Part shown: positions 1 to 15,280 of the stretch, in pieces
Layout: every line of letters starts with the position of its first letter
Position numbering within the stretch: the stretch's first letter is position 1
Assembly: GCF_009914755.1 (NCBI RefSeq)
Contig: NC_060926.1
Origin: the human T2T-CHM13v2.0 reference genome, Homo sapiens
Length of the DNA: 64,000 nt
Strand: one strand, 5' to 3'
Translations under genes and position numbers: made by a program
The notes under the pieces: generated by a model
Told to the model about the DNA's origin: nothing
Database searches by the model: none
The model's input: only the letters and a program-made list of their open reading frames with translations

Positions 1-125
1 TATTTCTGTTTTGTGTTAAAATGAAGATGACACCCAAGCTATCACTTTGTTCCCTTGGAATCCTAGGGTACACATGCCTTGTCACGTCAGAATGATTGAT
101 TTTTCCTTTGGCTTTCTCACTACAG

Positions 126-217
126 GAAATACCAGAAATAGCCCACCACCCTACGGGTTTCATCTCTCACCAGAAGAAATGAGGAGACAGCGGCTTCACA
201 GATTCGATAGCCAGTGA
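126..217 (+). CDS. RHBDD1: RHBDD1 (RHBDL4) last coding exon, coding part
   Basis: Pyrimidine tract plus acceptor (ttttcctttggctttctcactacag|GA) at 125/126. Reads (G)NTRNSPPPYGFHLSPEEMRRQRLHRFDSQ* with TGA at 215-217. Matches the recalled RHBDL4 C-terminus with its p97/VCP-binding motif; RHBDD1 is the known convergent neighbour of COL4A4. Confidence 0.93.
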
Positions 218-3200
218 GGTGGCATCTTGGGAAGACATGGCCTATTCGTGTAATTATTGCCCATTTGGCTCATTCCCCAAGCCCCTAATTCATTTTAATT
301 CATTTTAAACAAAAGCAGAGTACACCGGTATTGCTCCAGATCGCTCACATCACCTGGGACAGTCCCATGGCCCCTATGAGTCAACTCACAGCTTGCGGGG
401 AGTGGGCCTTCTCCTGGCCTTGTTCTTGCTCATAAACAGGTCACTTCCTCCATGAAGAGACCAGTTTCCACGCTCCCATCTCTCACTGCTGACTCAGCGA
501 TGCCTCTGCCTCGGTCTGCTTTTGAAGACTGTGACCTTCACCAGGAGGTTTTACTTACACCAGTCGGGAAGATTAGTCCCTCATTCTGCCTGGAGTGCCC
601 CGTGTTTGACTTGGCAGCGGGTGTGGAGCCATCCCCGCGTCCTCCTGGCGCATTGCCACTGTGGCTGTCCAGGAACAGGATGTGGCTGCCTTGGCCGAAT
701 GTTGTCCTACTCTCCCCAACCCCGGCGCCTCAGCTCCTCAGCTCCTCGGGCCCCTGCGTCTGGCTGGTGTTTGCAGGGCTTTCGCTCTGCTCTGGTATTG
801 CTCTGCCTTTATAGAAAGTCTTATTGAAGAAGTGTAAGAAAGACCTAAGGTGGGGAAGACTCCTACACACACCATTAGTATCAGTGACACCAGCAATGTA
901 GGTTCCCAGCCCCTTCCCAGTGGCAGCTTGTGTGTCCAGGAGATAGGACATCATTTAACGCATCAGCAAAGTAGCAGCAGATGCCACATACAGAGTAGAG
1001 CGAAGGCATTTGGTGGATCGGTCACTAGAGATCTATCTTGCAGAAAGTATGTTTTTCCTCATAAAAGTGCCTCTTAATTGGCCATTGTACCAGCCACTTG
1101 TCCTAGCCAAATGTCCAAAACACGCCCTTGGGCCCCGCCACGTTACAATCCACAGATTGTCTGTCTGAGTCGTTTAAGGCATTTCCTGGTGCTTGTGTTC
1201 CATGAATAAAAGGACAAAGTCAGAAGATCACTGATGTCTTACTGTCAACAGAGATATTTTAAAAGAGAGAAGCAGGAAAAGATCTTCCTTTTTTGATCTA
1301 CAACTTATATAGTTTTCTGATTATGCACATAATAGATATGCCTTCCAGATGCATAAGGCAAACATCTGGAAAGAAATATACCCAAATCTTAGCAGGGGTT
1401 ATCTTTGGGAGTGGAGTACATGGGATTTTGCTTTCTTCATTTTTATAATTTTATATTACTGTCTTGGAAGATGTGTTTATGTGTGTGTGTTACTTTTACA
1501 ATCAGGAAAACATATTTAATAACATATAGTCAAGAAAACAGACTTAAAAATAAATACTATGTGTCCATTGAGAAAATTCACAATATAAACAGAAATACAA
1601 ATAAATACATACACAATTTTAAAGTCACCTGTAGCCCTACCCTTAGAGGTACCCAGGGTTAACATTTTGGTGGTATTGTCTTATCAATTTTTCCGTTGAT
1701 ACATTCAGCAAATTTGGAGCACATTGACCATGGAGTTTTGTGTCCAAATCCAATCTGAATTTACCTGGAAGAGGCCTTGACACCTGCATGGAAATGAGCT
1801 AAGAAAACCACTGGAGCCTTGGGAGCTCTTTGGCCTCCTGGCTGGCCCAGTAATATCTGAGCTCCTTTGGTTAATTTATAACTGATATAAAACTACATCT
1901 TCTTTATAATATAAATTGTACCTGTGAGTCTAGAAGCTTTAAATGTGTTTAAATTAAAATATTCAAGCTAAATGTTACTGCTCTCTCCCAAATTCTGTAA
2001 GTTTGACTCCCGTTACCCCAATTAGAAGTAACTTCTTTGTTTCATGCCACTTTTATAGCATTTGGTAATTCTGCTATAACACATCTTGCCCCTATTATTA
2101 ACTGTGCACAGCTACACAAAGGTGTGCCTTCTACGTGGGAACATGGATTGTGAATGACTCTGTAATGAGGCCTGAGTCTTAGTTATCTTTCCACTCACTC
2201 CCCGTCTCCCCTTTCCAACCCCAAAGGCTCACGATAGGGGCTCACTAAATGTCAGTGTTTCACCAAAGTATTTTTTCCATTGTATTAAGAGTCCAGTCAC
2301 TGTATATGGAAGTATTTTATTTTTTATTTTTTTATATCACTTGAGTCCACTAGTAGTACTTCCTTGCTCTGTTTGACTTGTCAGATACAAAGACACGGGA
2401 TTAGATTTTGGGTGGTAAAATTGTGATACGCATGGCTGTTGATGGAGTGGAACATCTTAGTGATGTGAGAAAGGTCATTTTAGTTATAAATGTAAACCAA
2501 TTACTTTAGCACAACAATAAAGATGTTCTGGAAATTATTATAATTATTTTAGTTAATGGACTTGCCTGTAACAAGTGCTTATGTTTGGAATGTCCATTTT
2601 ATTTTATTTTCCTCTACAATAAGGAATCCCTAAAGTTATGCCAACAAACTGGAATTGGATTGAGAAAGACAAAAGCAAGTGAGCAAGTGTATTAGACTAA
2701 TTATCTCTAGTAGGGAATAAGCACTTAGAGCTAATTTTTTAATTTGGTTTATTTATTAGTAGCTCCCTGATTGTCTGTTAAGCCCCTGGTTCCCACAGTT
2801 TGGTGTGGTCAGTCAACTTAAGCGACCTTTTAATGCAGAATCTTTACTTGGTTCTGAAGAGGAGGCAGTAGTTAAAATTGCTTCCTCTTAATGACTCTGA
2901 ATGTATTGCCTGTGATTCCAAAGTTGTACATAATTGTTCAGACCTCCTCCATCCTTTTAAATTGCCTGCTGCAGTAAATAACTAGTTTGAGTAGAACTAG
3001 ATCCTGTCTATCTATTTGGCACATGTTCTGCTGCCTGGGGAGTAAGCAAGCTAAAGGGATGAGAAAGACCACCTCCCCCTACCCTGGAAATTGCACTGCA
3101 AGGCAGGGCGAGAATGGGGTAGCTGGCAGACCTGGCCTCCTTGTTCCCAGTCTTAGTTTTTCTTGAGAGATTCAGTATTCAGTAAAGAATAGCATTCAAT

Positions 3201-3389
3201 TAGTCAAAAAATATATATATAACTTCTTCCTTTCCCTTCCCATGAATCATTGCAGTCATTCCCTAAGTTTCTTCTCTTTTTTTTTCATGGCTGCTAGTAT
3301 TTTATTTTAGAATCACAGACTCTCAGCTTAGAGAGTCACAGTATCTCAATTATTTGCTCTGTTCAATACTTAACAATACCTCCTCACTC

Positions 3390-3897
3390 AATTCTACATA
3401 ACTCCAGCTTAGTCTTCCAAAATTCACTTTCATGATGCCACTCAGCATCTCAAATACCTTTCATTGGCTCTCTGCTGCCAAAGGATAAAGGTCAAAGTCA
3501 TTAGCCTCAACAGTGGGCTTCAACCAGCCTTTGGACCTCAGCCCCATTTATCCATCACAGAGGCTGGTAACTAGTCTCACTGCTCAGGCTGTGAGTGTTC
3601 CTGATCTTGTGACATTCTGTGCTGTGCTTTTACATGGAACAGCTCTTTCCTCTCTCTTGGCCCATTCAGATCCTCCTCATCCAGCCCCCATCTGAATCCT
3701 GTAACAGACACAACCACATCTACACAGTTTCCACATACCACTTGGAATTGCTGGTTATGCTGCAATGAGAGAATGTCTTTGTCTTTAAATTGTAAGCTTC
3801 ATGAGGGCAGGGACCATCTGTTTCTCTGTCTCTCCTCACAGTGCCTTGAGCAGTACGTTGTCTGGAATGTCAGAACCAATAAATACTTGTGGATTGA
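3390..3897 (+). mobile_element. L2 LINE 3' end relic
   Basis: ttgtaagcttcatgagggcagggacc...cacagtgcc...caataaatacttgtggattga resembles the L2 3' terminal consensus; upstream aggataaaggtcaaagtcattagcct is also L2-like. Left boundary approximate. Confidence 0.7.
3878..3883 (+). terminator. Distal polyadenylation signal AATAAA of RHBDD1
   Basis: cagaaccAATAAAtacttgtggattgaaac. Usage is inferred, not shown. Confidence 0.65.
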
Positions 3898-5411
3898 AAC
3901 AAAAAGAGAAGCTCATTTATACTGTCACCAGTGGCGCACATAAACACTAGTGCCTGGTGCTTATTGATATCATTGTAGGTCTTTTTTTTTTCCCTTGAAT
4001 CAATCACATCAAGGAAAGAATGATGGAAAGCATTTGCTGGTAGAAATAGAGACTTCAGGGCCTTTGTCAGCCTGAAGACATGTCCCACTGCATCGAATGC
4101 TGTGACCTGGTACACAAAGCTCAAGATTCCCACACGACCAAGAAGTGTCACCAAGGAGTCCCTGTGAGTAGTACCGAATCTTGCCATGTGCTTTTTACAG
4201 GTCTGCGTTGGATGTGTTTGTGCTAACATTTTTTCCTTCTGTGGTATTTAGGGGCAGAGAGAGAATGATCTTAACATCTCGATCAGATGATAGATGAATT
4301 GGCAGATTTAGATATGTGATTTATACTTTAGAAAAACTAAAATGTTGCTAATATAATAGAAATCATTAAATTTGGTCATAATAGGTATTGCTGCTTGGGA
4401 AGAGAGTAGTGTCATAAAATCAATGGCATCATGTGGCTTAAAGAGACTCTTGGAATCTGGGACACACACAAGCAAAACCCTAGAAACAACACTTCTGCTG
4501 TGTGGCTCTCTGGATGCGAAACTGGATCCCTTCTCTAAGTATTTTGAAAAACACTGCTCAGCCACCTCCAGTGAGGGTTTCTGCCAGGAAGTTGTGAAAT
4601 TACTGTGTCTTTCTCTCACTATTTCCCCCTTAGATAACTTGTTTAGTGCCTGGATGAAAATTCTAAAAACAAAAATCAAACGAAAGTTTGTAACTTAAGA
4701 GATTCATGATATTTATTTGAGATTCTTTCAAGTTATTGCCTGCCTCTGACCTTGAGATACTATCTCTTTACAAGATCCTCTCCCTCAACAATTTAAATCT
4801 ATCTTGCATATCCTTAGTAGCAGATAATTATTAATGGAATTGAACAAGGTCTTCAGACTCTCGTTATAGAGGAGCACCAAGGCCAACCTCTCTGCTCTTC
4901 AGGGTGTGCACCCAGGGCCCACAGCACCTGGAAGCTTCTACAGATTCAGACTCCTGCTCCCCAGACCAAATGATCAGAATCTACATTTTAACAGGTCCCC
5001 TGTGGTTTATAGGCACCAAAGTACTTCTCAAATTTCAGTGCGCACAAGTGCATTTTACACCATTTATTGCATGTAAAGCAGACTGACTGCTTGGGGACCA
5101 GAAGAACATCTTACTCCTCATTATACAATTTTCCCTACTTTTATCAAACATAAAAATGATTACAGGTTGAGAATTTCATCTGTGGCTGATAAAATTATAA
5201 CCACTAAGTATATAATCACTGAGGATGCAAGCTACCCCCTAGAGATAATGTATGAAGGAATTGCCTTGCTGGCAAATGGGAGAACAAAAATGACTAAGTT
5301 GGCTGGTGCTGCAGTGACTGAGCATCAAGTAAGGGCCTTCAGATCCTCCTTTCTCCAGCTCAGAGCAGTTGCCCTAAATGACTGACCTTGGGTTTCTAGG
5401 GGCTCCAGAGG

Positions 5412-6041
<630 letters not shown>

Positions 6042-6585
6042 ACATGGCTGGTTTTCAGTTGACCCTGAGATAAAGGCCTGTGGGATTCCCCCAAAATAGC
6101 TCTGTCCTCATGGGTTCCTCACCCCCTCCCTCCAGAACAGCTTGAGACAGTCTCCAAGCTGAGCTGGATGGGCTACCTTAGAACCCGTAAAACAAGGGGC
6201 TTTGCAGTGACAGGAGCAATCCAGGACACCTCTATGTGAGACCCTCTATTTTCTAACCAATTCACGAATGGGGAAAGCCGCTGGGAGGTAATGGAGTAAA
6301 GGATAAAAGTATTATCTTTAGAACAGACAGACGAGGGTTTGGATTCTACTAGATGGTGACTGTATGACCTTAAAGTAGTTATTCTCTCTAAAGCTCAGTT
6401 TCCTTGTCTGCAAAATAGGACAGCTGTAGGGTTGAGAGGAAGCATATATAGCAGAGCCAATACTGCTGCTGTGACATAGTAGACGGTCAGGGAATGTTTG
6501 TTAGTTGAGTACCCTTATTTCTCTATCAGGTAAAAGGTTGGCCCAAATACCAATGAAGTTCCTTCCTACTTAAAAGTAAGTCCAA

Positions 6586-6885
6586 GGCTGGGTGCAGTGG
6601 CTCATGCCTGTAATCCCAATGCTTTGGAAGGCTGAGGCAGGAGGATGATTTGAAGCCAAGAGTTTAAGACGAGCCTGGGCAGCAGAGCAGGACCCTGCTT
6701 CTATAAAAATTAAAAATTAACCAGGCACAGTAGCACATGCTTGTAGCCCACCTACTGGGGAGGGTGAGGCAGGAGGATCATTCGAGCCTGCGAGTTCAAG
6801 GCTCCAGTGAGCCATGATTGTACCACTGAACTCCAGCCTGGGCAACAGGCAAGACCCTGTCTCAAAAAAAAAAAAAAAAAAAAAA
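6586..6885 (+). mobile_element. Alu (AluJ-like)
   Basis: ggctgggtgcagtggctcatgcctgtaatccc...A22 tail; diverged. Confidence 0.92.
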
Positions 6886-7407
6886 GGCCACAAAGCAGTT
6901 ATTGAATATCTGCACTCCACCTACCCCCATGTTGTTTGGCTATAAAGAGAAATGTAATCAATACCTAACTAACTCCTGACTTCAAGTCACAGTGGTTAAA
7001 AGTAACAATATCTTTGGTTTCATAAATCTCTTTGTAGTTAACTTTCACACCTTGAATCCTCCCAACAATGCTGTGAAGCAAATGGTCTTATTCTCACTCA
7101 ACTAATGAGACAGCTGAGGCCAAGAGGGTGTAAGCCCCATGCCCACTGACCACTGCCCAAGCAGCTCCCGTGGGGTTGATACAGACCTTCCCCCTGAGGC
7201 CTGCTTTCATTTCTCTTCTGCGCGCCATCACTGTGCATAGAACAGTGTTTCCAAGAGCCTCTGAATCTCATCCTTTCCAGCCTACACTCTTCCCTTCTGC
7301 AGTTCACACTTCCACAAGTGTGAGCCACATTACAATGTAAGCTAGAAGAAAAAAGTAAACCCGCATTGGCTTTAAAGAAAATAAATGCACCAGATAAAAC
7401 ACAGTTG

Positions 7408-10400
7408 TTTTTGGAACTCATCACAGAATTTTATATATAATGAACCATATTATAAATCGTAATACAACAAATATTTAAGTGCCAATGGCAGACCAGGCAT
7501 CTTGCAAAAGTTACATGCTGAAAGTCTTTAACTTTACAACCAGAGGTTAGAGAAAGGGATGCAATTTATTAGACACATTTCACATTTTTCCCATGAATCA
7601 TTAAATATTTAAGCACCATAAAATTCAAGCATTTCACATGGATGTGGCAGCCAGCCTTGGTGGTTTAAAATGCATTATGCAGAGTTTCTAGCAGATGATA
7701 ACAGTGACAATTGCAGAGTACTGATTTTTAATGTCAATTGTTTGTTCCCTGCAGAACTTACTGATAATGTCCCTGCAGGAAATTGTGATATTTTCTGTGC
7801 TACAGTAACTTTGAGGATTGAAATGAAACAGCATTCCCAATGACATTAAGAATTGGCCACATATAAATAATTCTAATCAGTAATTTATATACCCTGTGAG
7901 AATCATAATTCTGTGTAAAAAAAAAGAAATATTTTTCGTATTAGTTTATTTTAAATACAAAATGTGACCATAGTAAGTGTATGATGATGGGTATGCTAGA
8001 CAGGTAATCTAACTTAATTTTCAATGCAAGAGTAGCTGTTATGTCCCACCGTATTAATGAGGGAAATGAAGCTAAGAAAGTTGGCAAAACTCACCCAGGA
8101 TAACAGCTGAAAAATGACTAAGCCAGATTTCAAACCTGGGTTCGACCAACTCTCAAGTCCTCTTCTTTCCACTATTCTTGCAGCCATACCAAGTAAAAGT
8201 AACAATTATCAGATTATTCCAGTGAGCTGATAGAAACACAGATCTAATATAATTTCCTGGAACACACTGAATGGTTTGCTTTACTGTAATCTACACGAGG
8301 TTCAAAATAAGATGATAAAGCCCAATTGTAGTGCACCATTCCATTGACTATTTTTCGGAGCACCAATAACATGTACACAAACGTTTAGCAAAGATTTTAT
8401 GCTAGGAAGCTCTTAAATCCTGAGGGAATACAGATTACAGCATAAGGTAAGTCATGTCACATTTTACTGAAGGGTCTTCTCAGTCGGATCTCTCAAATCT
8501 CATTTCTGAAATTTCTGTTTATAGAAAAAACAAAAATCTATTTTTGGAGGGGTGTGATAAGCCCATTTTGAAAGCTTATCAATTGGCTTTCTGGCAATAA
8601 TTGTAACAAGAGAATGTGGGTATACAAATATGTTGAATATTAAAATATTCTGAAATAGGAAATGGTTTATACTTGTAACCGTCTTGCTGATGAAGACCTT
8701 ATATGCAGAGCTGAACACCTAATGCCTAATGATGTTTATGGAATTGTCATTGAAAAAAATGAATTGGCAGTAATGTGTTCAACTCTGTGCTAGGCATTAG
8801 GCATACAAAAACGAGTCAAGCATGGTCCCTGCCCTCAAGGGGCTTGCATTTTGGCAATGGAATGAAGGAAGTGCACTGAGACATTAAAGAAGCAATGGGG
8901 AACGGAGAAAATGAGGACAGCCCCGTGCACTGCACAAGAGCAGCAGAAGGGAGCCTAAGTTTCCCCCAGGGAATTCACCTCCCACGCAGGGTAAACTGAC
9001 CCCAGGGAGGACATCACTGGTGAAGCAGGAGCAAAGTCGAAGAGGTGCTGGGAGTGTCTGCAGAGCTGCACACAGTTCATCATGACAGGAAATACTCCTA
9101 GAGGGAACCCTCGAACAGTCCCCACTGGACCTTTCACCCCATAGGAAGTCATTTGGACTTCATGGGCAGCGGAGTCACAGAAGGATTCTAATCCAGAGGG
9201 TGACAAAATCAAGTTTGGGTGGATCTTAGATGGCAACTGGGATTTGAAACTAAGGCACCAACTGGGAGATGCCTACTGCAAGGGTGGAGGTGGAAAACAA
9301 AGGCTGTGTGAGACGGGCACGGGGCTAAAGAGGAGGTAGCCATCCAAAGCAGCGATGACTCAGCTTTCAATGTGGGGAGTGTGAGAGCAGAACGAAAGGG
9401 CCACTCATAGCATGGAAACCTGCCTGGATGAATGGGCTCCACTCACTGAGAATCAGAACCCAGAAGGAAGCATCCCAGATTTCCAGCACGGGCACAGAAC
9501 AGAACAGTTCCCATTAGGGCAATCTAGGCACGTTCCAGTCTACAAGGTTGGTGGGGAGGCAGGGAGAGAAGGGTTTGATAAGGATCATCTCCAATAATGG
9601 GTTAGGAGAACAACTTAAAAGCTTTGTTCATCACCTCCACAGAGAAAGGGTAATTGAAGGCACATTGATATATAACCAGGTGAAGAAAATAATGGTTTAA
9701 GGTAACAGGATCTTCTATTCCAAGAAGTTATTTTTCCGCCCTTTTGATCCTTTAAAATACTTTTGTAAAATTAGAGGGCAGTGTTAATGCTGCATTTAGA
9801 GACAGCTCTTGTAATACTAACATTTTGAACAGTCTGATACCTTCCCAAGCTCACTGTGGAGTAAACTGTCTACATAATTTAGCCTGTCTTTGTGTGGGTT
9901 TTTTTTTTTTACTTATTTATTAACTTATGAAGATAATATTCTAATACCAACATTAAAGTGTTTAAAATAATTAGCAAGCAAGATACGTTTCTGATGTTCC
10001 ATTTGTCACCCTTACCTCTTCCCAGAAAATGTTCTCAGGCCAAGTTCAAGATGAACAGGTTGAACTTTTAGGAGGGTTGACTTTTGGTAATAGATAAAGC
10101 TTTTTGGGAAGGAGAAAGGTAATCACAAATAAGATTGAAATTGGCTTAAGTTTTAGGTGCACAAAAATATTCAACATGCCAGAGCATGGTTTAAAAAATA
10201 TCAAATGGGTCAAATGAACTAGGAAATATTCTGCTACATCAAGAAAATATTTCATCTTAAAATACACATTTTTCTTTTTACCAGAAAATACTCTTAAAAT
10301 AAATTGCCACCCTGGGGGCAGCCCATAGCAAAACTCATTTGAAATGTGTTCTGCATATAAGAGCTCATTACAAATCAAGGTTTGGCAAGGAAAACATTTC

Positions 10401-12018
10401 TTATAAACAAAATTTTAATTGAGTTTTTCTTCTCAATTATTTTTAAGTGCACGGAAACAAAGCACTAAAATGAGTGTCACGCTCATGAGAAATTTCTTTA
10501 GTTTTCTCTAAAATGCCTTTTTCTTTTAGATGAGGAAGGTGAGTTTCCTAAAAATTTTTTCCAACAAATCTTTTAAATTTAGGATTAGATCACCAAATTC
10601 CTAGCAAAACAGAAAAAGGGATCTTTTGCTTTACAGAAAAAAATAATCATTATAAATTGACACACATTCTAAACTTTTTTAGAAAATACTAATGCCAAAT
10701 GTCAAACTGTTGCCTTGGTACAAGACTGATATGAAATATAAGAATGTCTTTAAAATTGGCAAAATGGGATGCTCCTGTAACAGCCAACCACGGGAGCATA
10801 AAATTCAAATTATAAATTGTCTTTGTTTCGTTTAAAGATAGTGCCATGTCCTCCTGATGGGGTAACCCTGACTTAAATGAATCTTCTTACCTAAGTTTAA
10901 TTAAATCGGCCCTTAATTTTCTCCCAAGTGCATAATGATAGCTCTGTCACGTCCCTGTGTGAGCTGCCATTATGTGTGTGGAGCAAAGTGTCCGTTGTGA
11001 GTGCAAGAAGCTGTGCAGGCTCTCCTGGGGAGGGGAGTGAGATGCTTTGTATGAAGCGCGTGCCTGCCTGAGTGAGCCCCATGTAGCGTCAGTCCCATTA
11101 GCACGCACGCACCTGTGACACGCCGGACCCCGACTGGGGAAAAGCAGTCTGTCTGGAAGTTCACTGCAATGGGGAGTCAATTTTTGTGAATAACTACCTT
11201 AATATTCACTAATAGCTTTTAGGCTCCTAATCTCTTATTGAATATTTTTTTTCCATAATTGCTACTTTTCAAAAGGGTTGCCAAAGTAGGCATTTCTATT
11301 CTCTGAAAAATGCAGAAGAGAACATAATGTTTTATATTCATCTGTGATGTGTTTATGCTAATGTCGCATCTCTGGAATACGGCGACTGTGGGCCTTCCTG
11401 CCATCATGATTCATTCTCCTTTGAAAGGAACTGTTAACGCTGGCAGTGTGAATTTTTTTTTTTCTTCTTTAAAAAAAAATCTCTCTTTGCGTCATGGTTT
11501 TACCATTATTTAAAGTATATGGAAAAATAGATTACAGAGGAAATCATTTTGAAATGTTGAAAATCTCTGCTTTCTAGTTTCATTCATTGACCTGTTTATT
11601 TTTTCCTATAAAATCCATCCAGAAGCCCACTGTATTATAGAGTAATTGACTTCAATTGTTTGAGATACTGTTAACCCAAGAATGAAGTTTTCAGTAATGT
11701 AATTTGTAATCTGGCCTTTATCATCTACTTGCCTTTCTGAGAATTAGCATATTTTTAAGTAAAGCCAGTTCTTCAATCATCCTCAGTAAAATAAGAGTAT
11801 CTAGGCTCCCTAGATTGGGAGGTCCAAACAAATCCATCTGTGCAGCATTTGCTTAATGTGTAAGGAACCAGAGGACTCTGGGAATAACCACGACAAAACA
11901 GAAGGAACCACTGAAAGGGAGTCCAAAATGAGCACCATGACATCTCTTAGCACAGTCTAGGAAGTCTTAGCCCCCTAGGAAGTTTCTCTTGGCCACGTGT
12001 TGGTGAATTTCGCATTCT
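7408..12018 (-). other. COL4A4: COL4A4 long 3' UTR (distal end tentative)
   Basis: Downstream of the TAG at 12019-12021. Minus-strand AATAAA at 11595-11600, 9916-9921, 7945-7950 and 7565-7570, plus TATAAA at 7430-7435 followed by a GT/T-rich tract. A multi-kb UTR fits the recalled long mRNA, but the exact end cannot be read from sequence. Confidence 0.55.
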
Positions 12019-12282
<264 letters not shown>

Positions 12283-12543
12283 CTACCCAGAAAACAAGAG
12301 AGAATTAGGGCTCAGACACACACAGACAACCCCAGACCCAATCAGGGACACACCCAGGTTTGGGTCTGATCTTAACATTTTTCCTTAGATTATTCCATAA
12401 AGAACAAAATACAAGCGCTGAAAAGGAGTCGTACTCAGCATGGTAAGTATGCACACAAATTGGCTCCAGTTTCACCGATGGCTGAAGCAAACTCATCTTC
12501 TAAATTCTACCAATGTGATCAAAATCAATCACAAGTGTTTTTA

Positions 12544-13386
<843 letters not shown>

Positions 13387-14115
13387 TTAGGACTTGAAAT
13401 ATGAAGAGGATTTAGCCAGGCTTGGAGATGGTGGTAGTGACTACTCAAAAGAGATATACCGTCAGAGGGGGTTGGAGATAAGGGATCGTGGAGCTCAGAG
13501 AACTCAGACATGTTCAGTGCAGGGACTATGAGGAGAGGGTGTCTGCACTGTCTGTCTCAGGAGTGTCCAGTGATAAATCAGACCATTGGATGTGGCCTTT
13601 GTCAATCTCGTTAAGGAGTTTGGACTTTATCCCAAGAGTTCTGCAGAGTTTTAAGATGTGTGCTCTGGTTAGACCAAGGTGGGAGAAGCAAGACGGATGA
13701 TGGTACAAAGACCAGGCAGGAAAGAAATTGATGGCAGAGGGAGAGAAGGAGAGAAGGAAACAGATTCAGGATATTAAACATCACTTCCTCCTTTCTCCTG
13801 TGCTCAAAGAAACTAGCCCCTTGTGATGGGAAAGGCCATGGCCAAACCCAAGGGAGAAATGCAGGGGATGTACAAGTAGTTGCCAGCCCAGGCTTGCACT
13901 CTTTGACTACCCTTTTTAACAGCTGGGGTCACTGCCTAGTGAGAGCAATGGCAAGCACCTCACCGTCAACTGTCCCCGTCAGCATATCCTTCCTGCACCT
14001 TCCATTCTAACCATGATTTTCTTGGAAAGACAGTGTTTCCCGGCAGCCAGGTACTTAAGCCTTTGACTTGAAATCAGTCCCGCAGCTTGCAAATCTACTA
14101 TTGAAAATTGGCAAG

Positions 14116-14528
<413 letters not shown>

Positions 14529-14974
14529 TCAAAATAAAGTTCTGTAATTTAAATTGGAGTAGGGTAGGGAGTTGATGCTGGCAAGTGCCGTAACACAACC
14601 ATCAGCGTGCTGTGGCTGCACCATTTTACATGTAAGTACAGGAACTGACCACATTCTGGTTAATTTACATTTGGAAGCAAAAAGTACATTTCATAACAGA
14701 GTTACATTTAACTTACTGAGGAAGAATCATTTTTATAAAACTAATAATATACTTATTATTAGCCAGATAATAATAATATACTTATTATAGCCAGATAATA
14801 ATTATAGCCAGAATGAGCTTCTTTGACACTTCATAGGATCATAAGTTTAAAGGATTAGCTGAGAATGACCATGCTAGTGTTTTTGTTTTAAAAGTAAGAA
14901 TAATCCCATATAAGGTTAGTGATCATTTAAGGTGCTGATGAATCAGTAAAATTAACCCCAAATTTTACTCTTCA

Positions 14975-15280
<306 letters not shown>

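Larger units (their letters stand above)
218..3903 (+). other. RHBDD1: RHBDD1 3' UTR (distal end approximate)
   Basis: Follows the stop codon. AATAAA at 1205-1210, 2516-2521 and 3878-3883; the end is inferred about 20 nt after the distal hexamer. Confidence 0.7.

Noticed and set aside
452-827. 120-aa and 101-aa + strand ORFs after the RHBDD1 stop
   Set aside because: They lie in GC-rich 3' UTR, have no recognisable domain and overlap in different frames; this is expected by chance.
4308-4698. Overlapping opposite-strand ORFs of 123 and 108 aa
   Set aside because: No family resemblance or splice structure; intergenic.
14748-14812. Short imperfect tandem repeat (ttattatagccagataataa)
   Set aside because: Two to three slippage copies with no spacers; not an array of any system.
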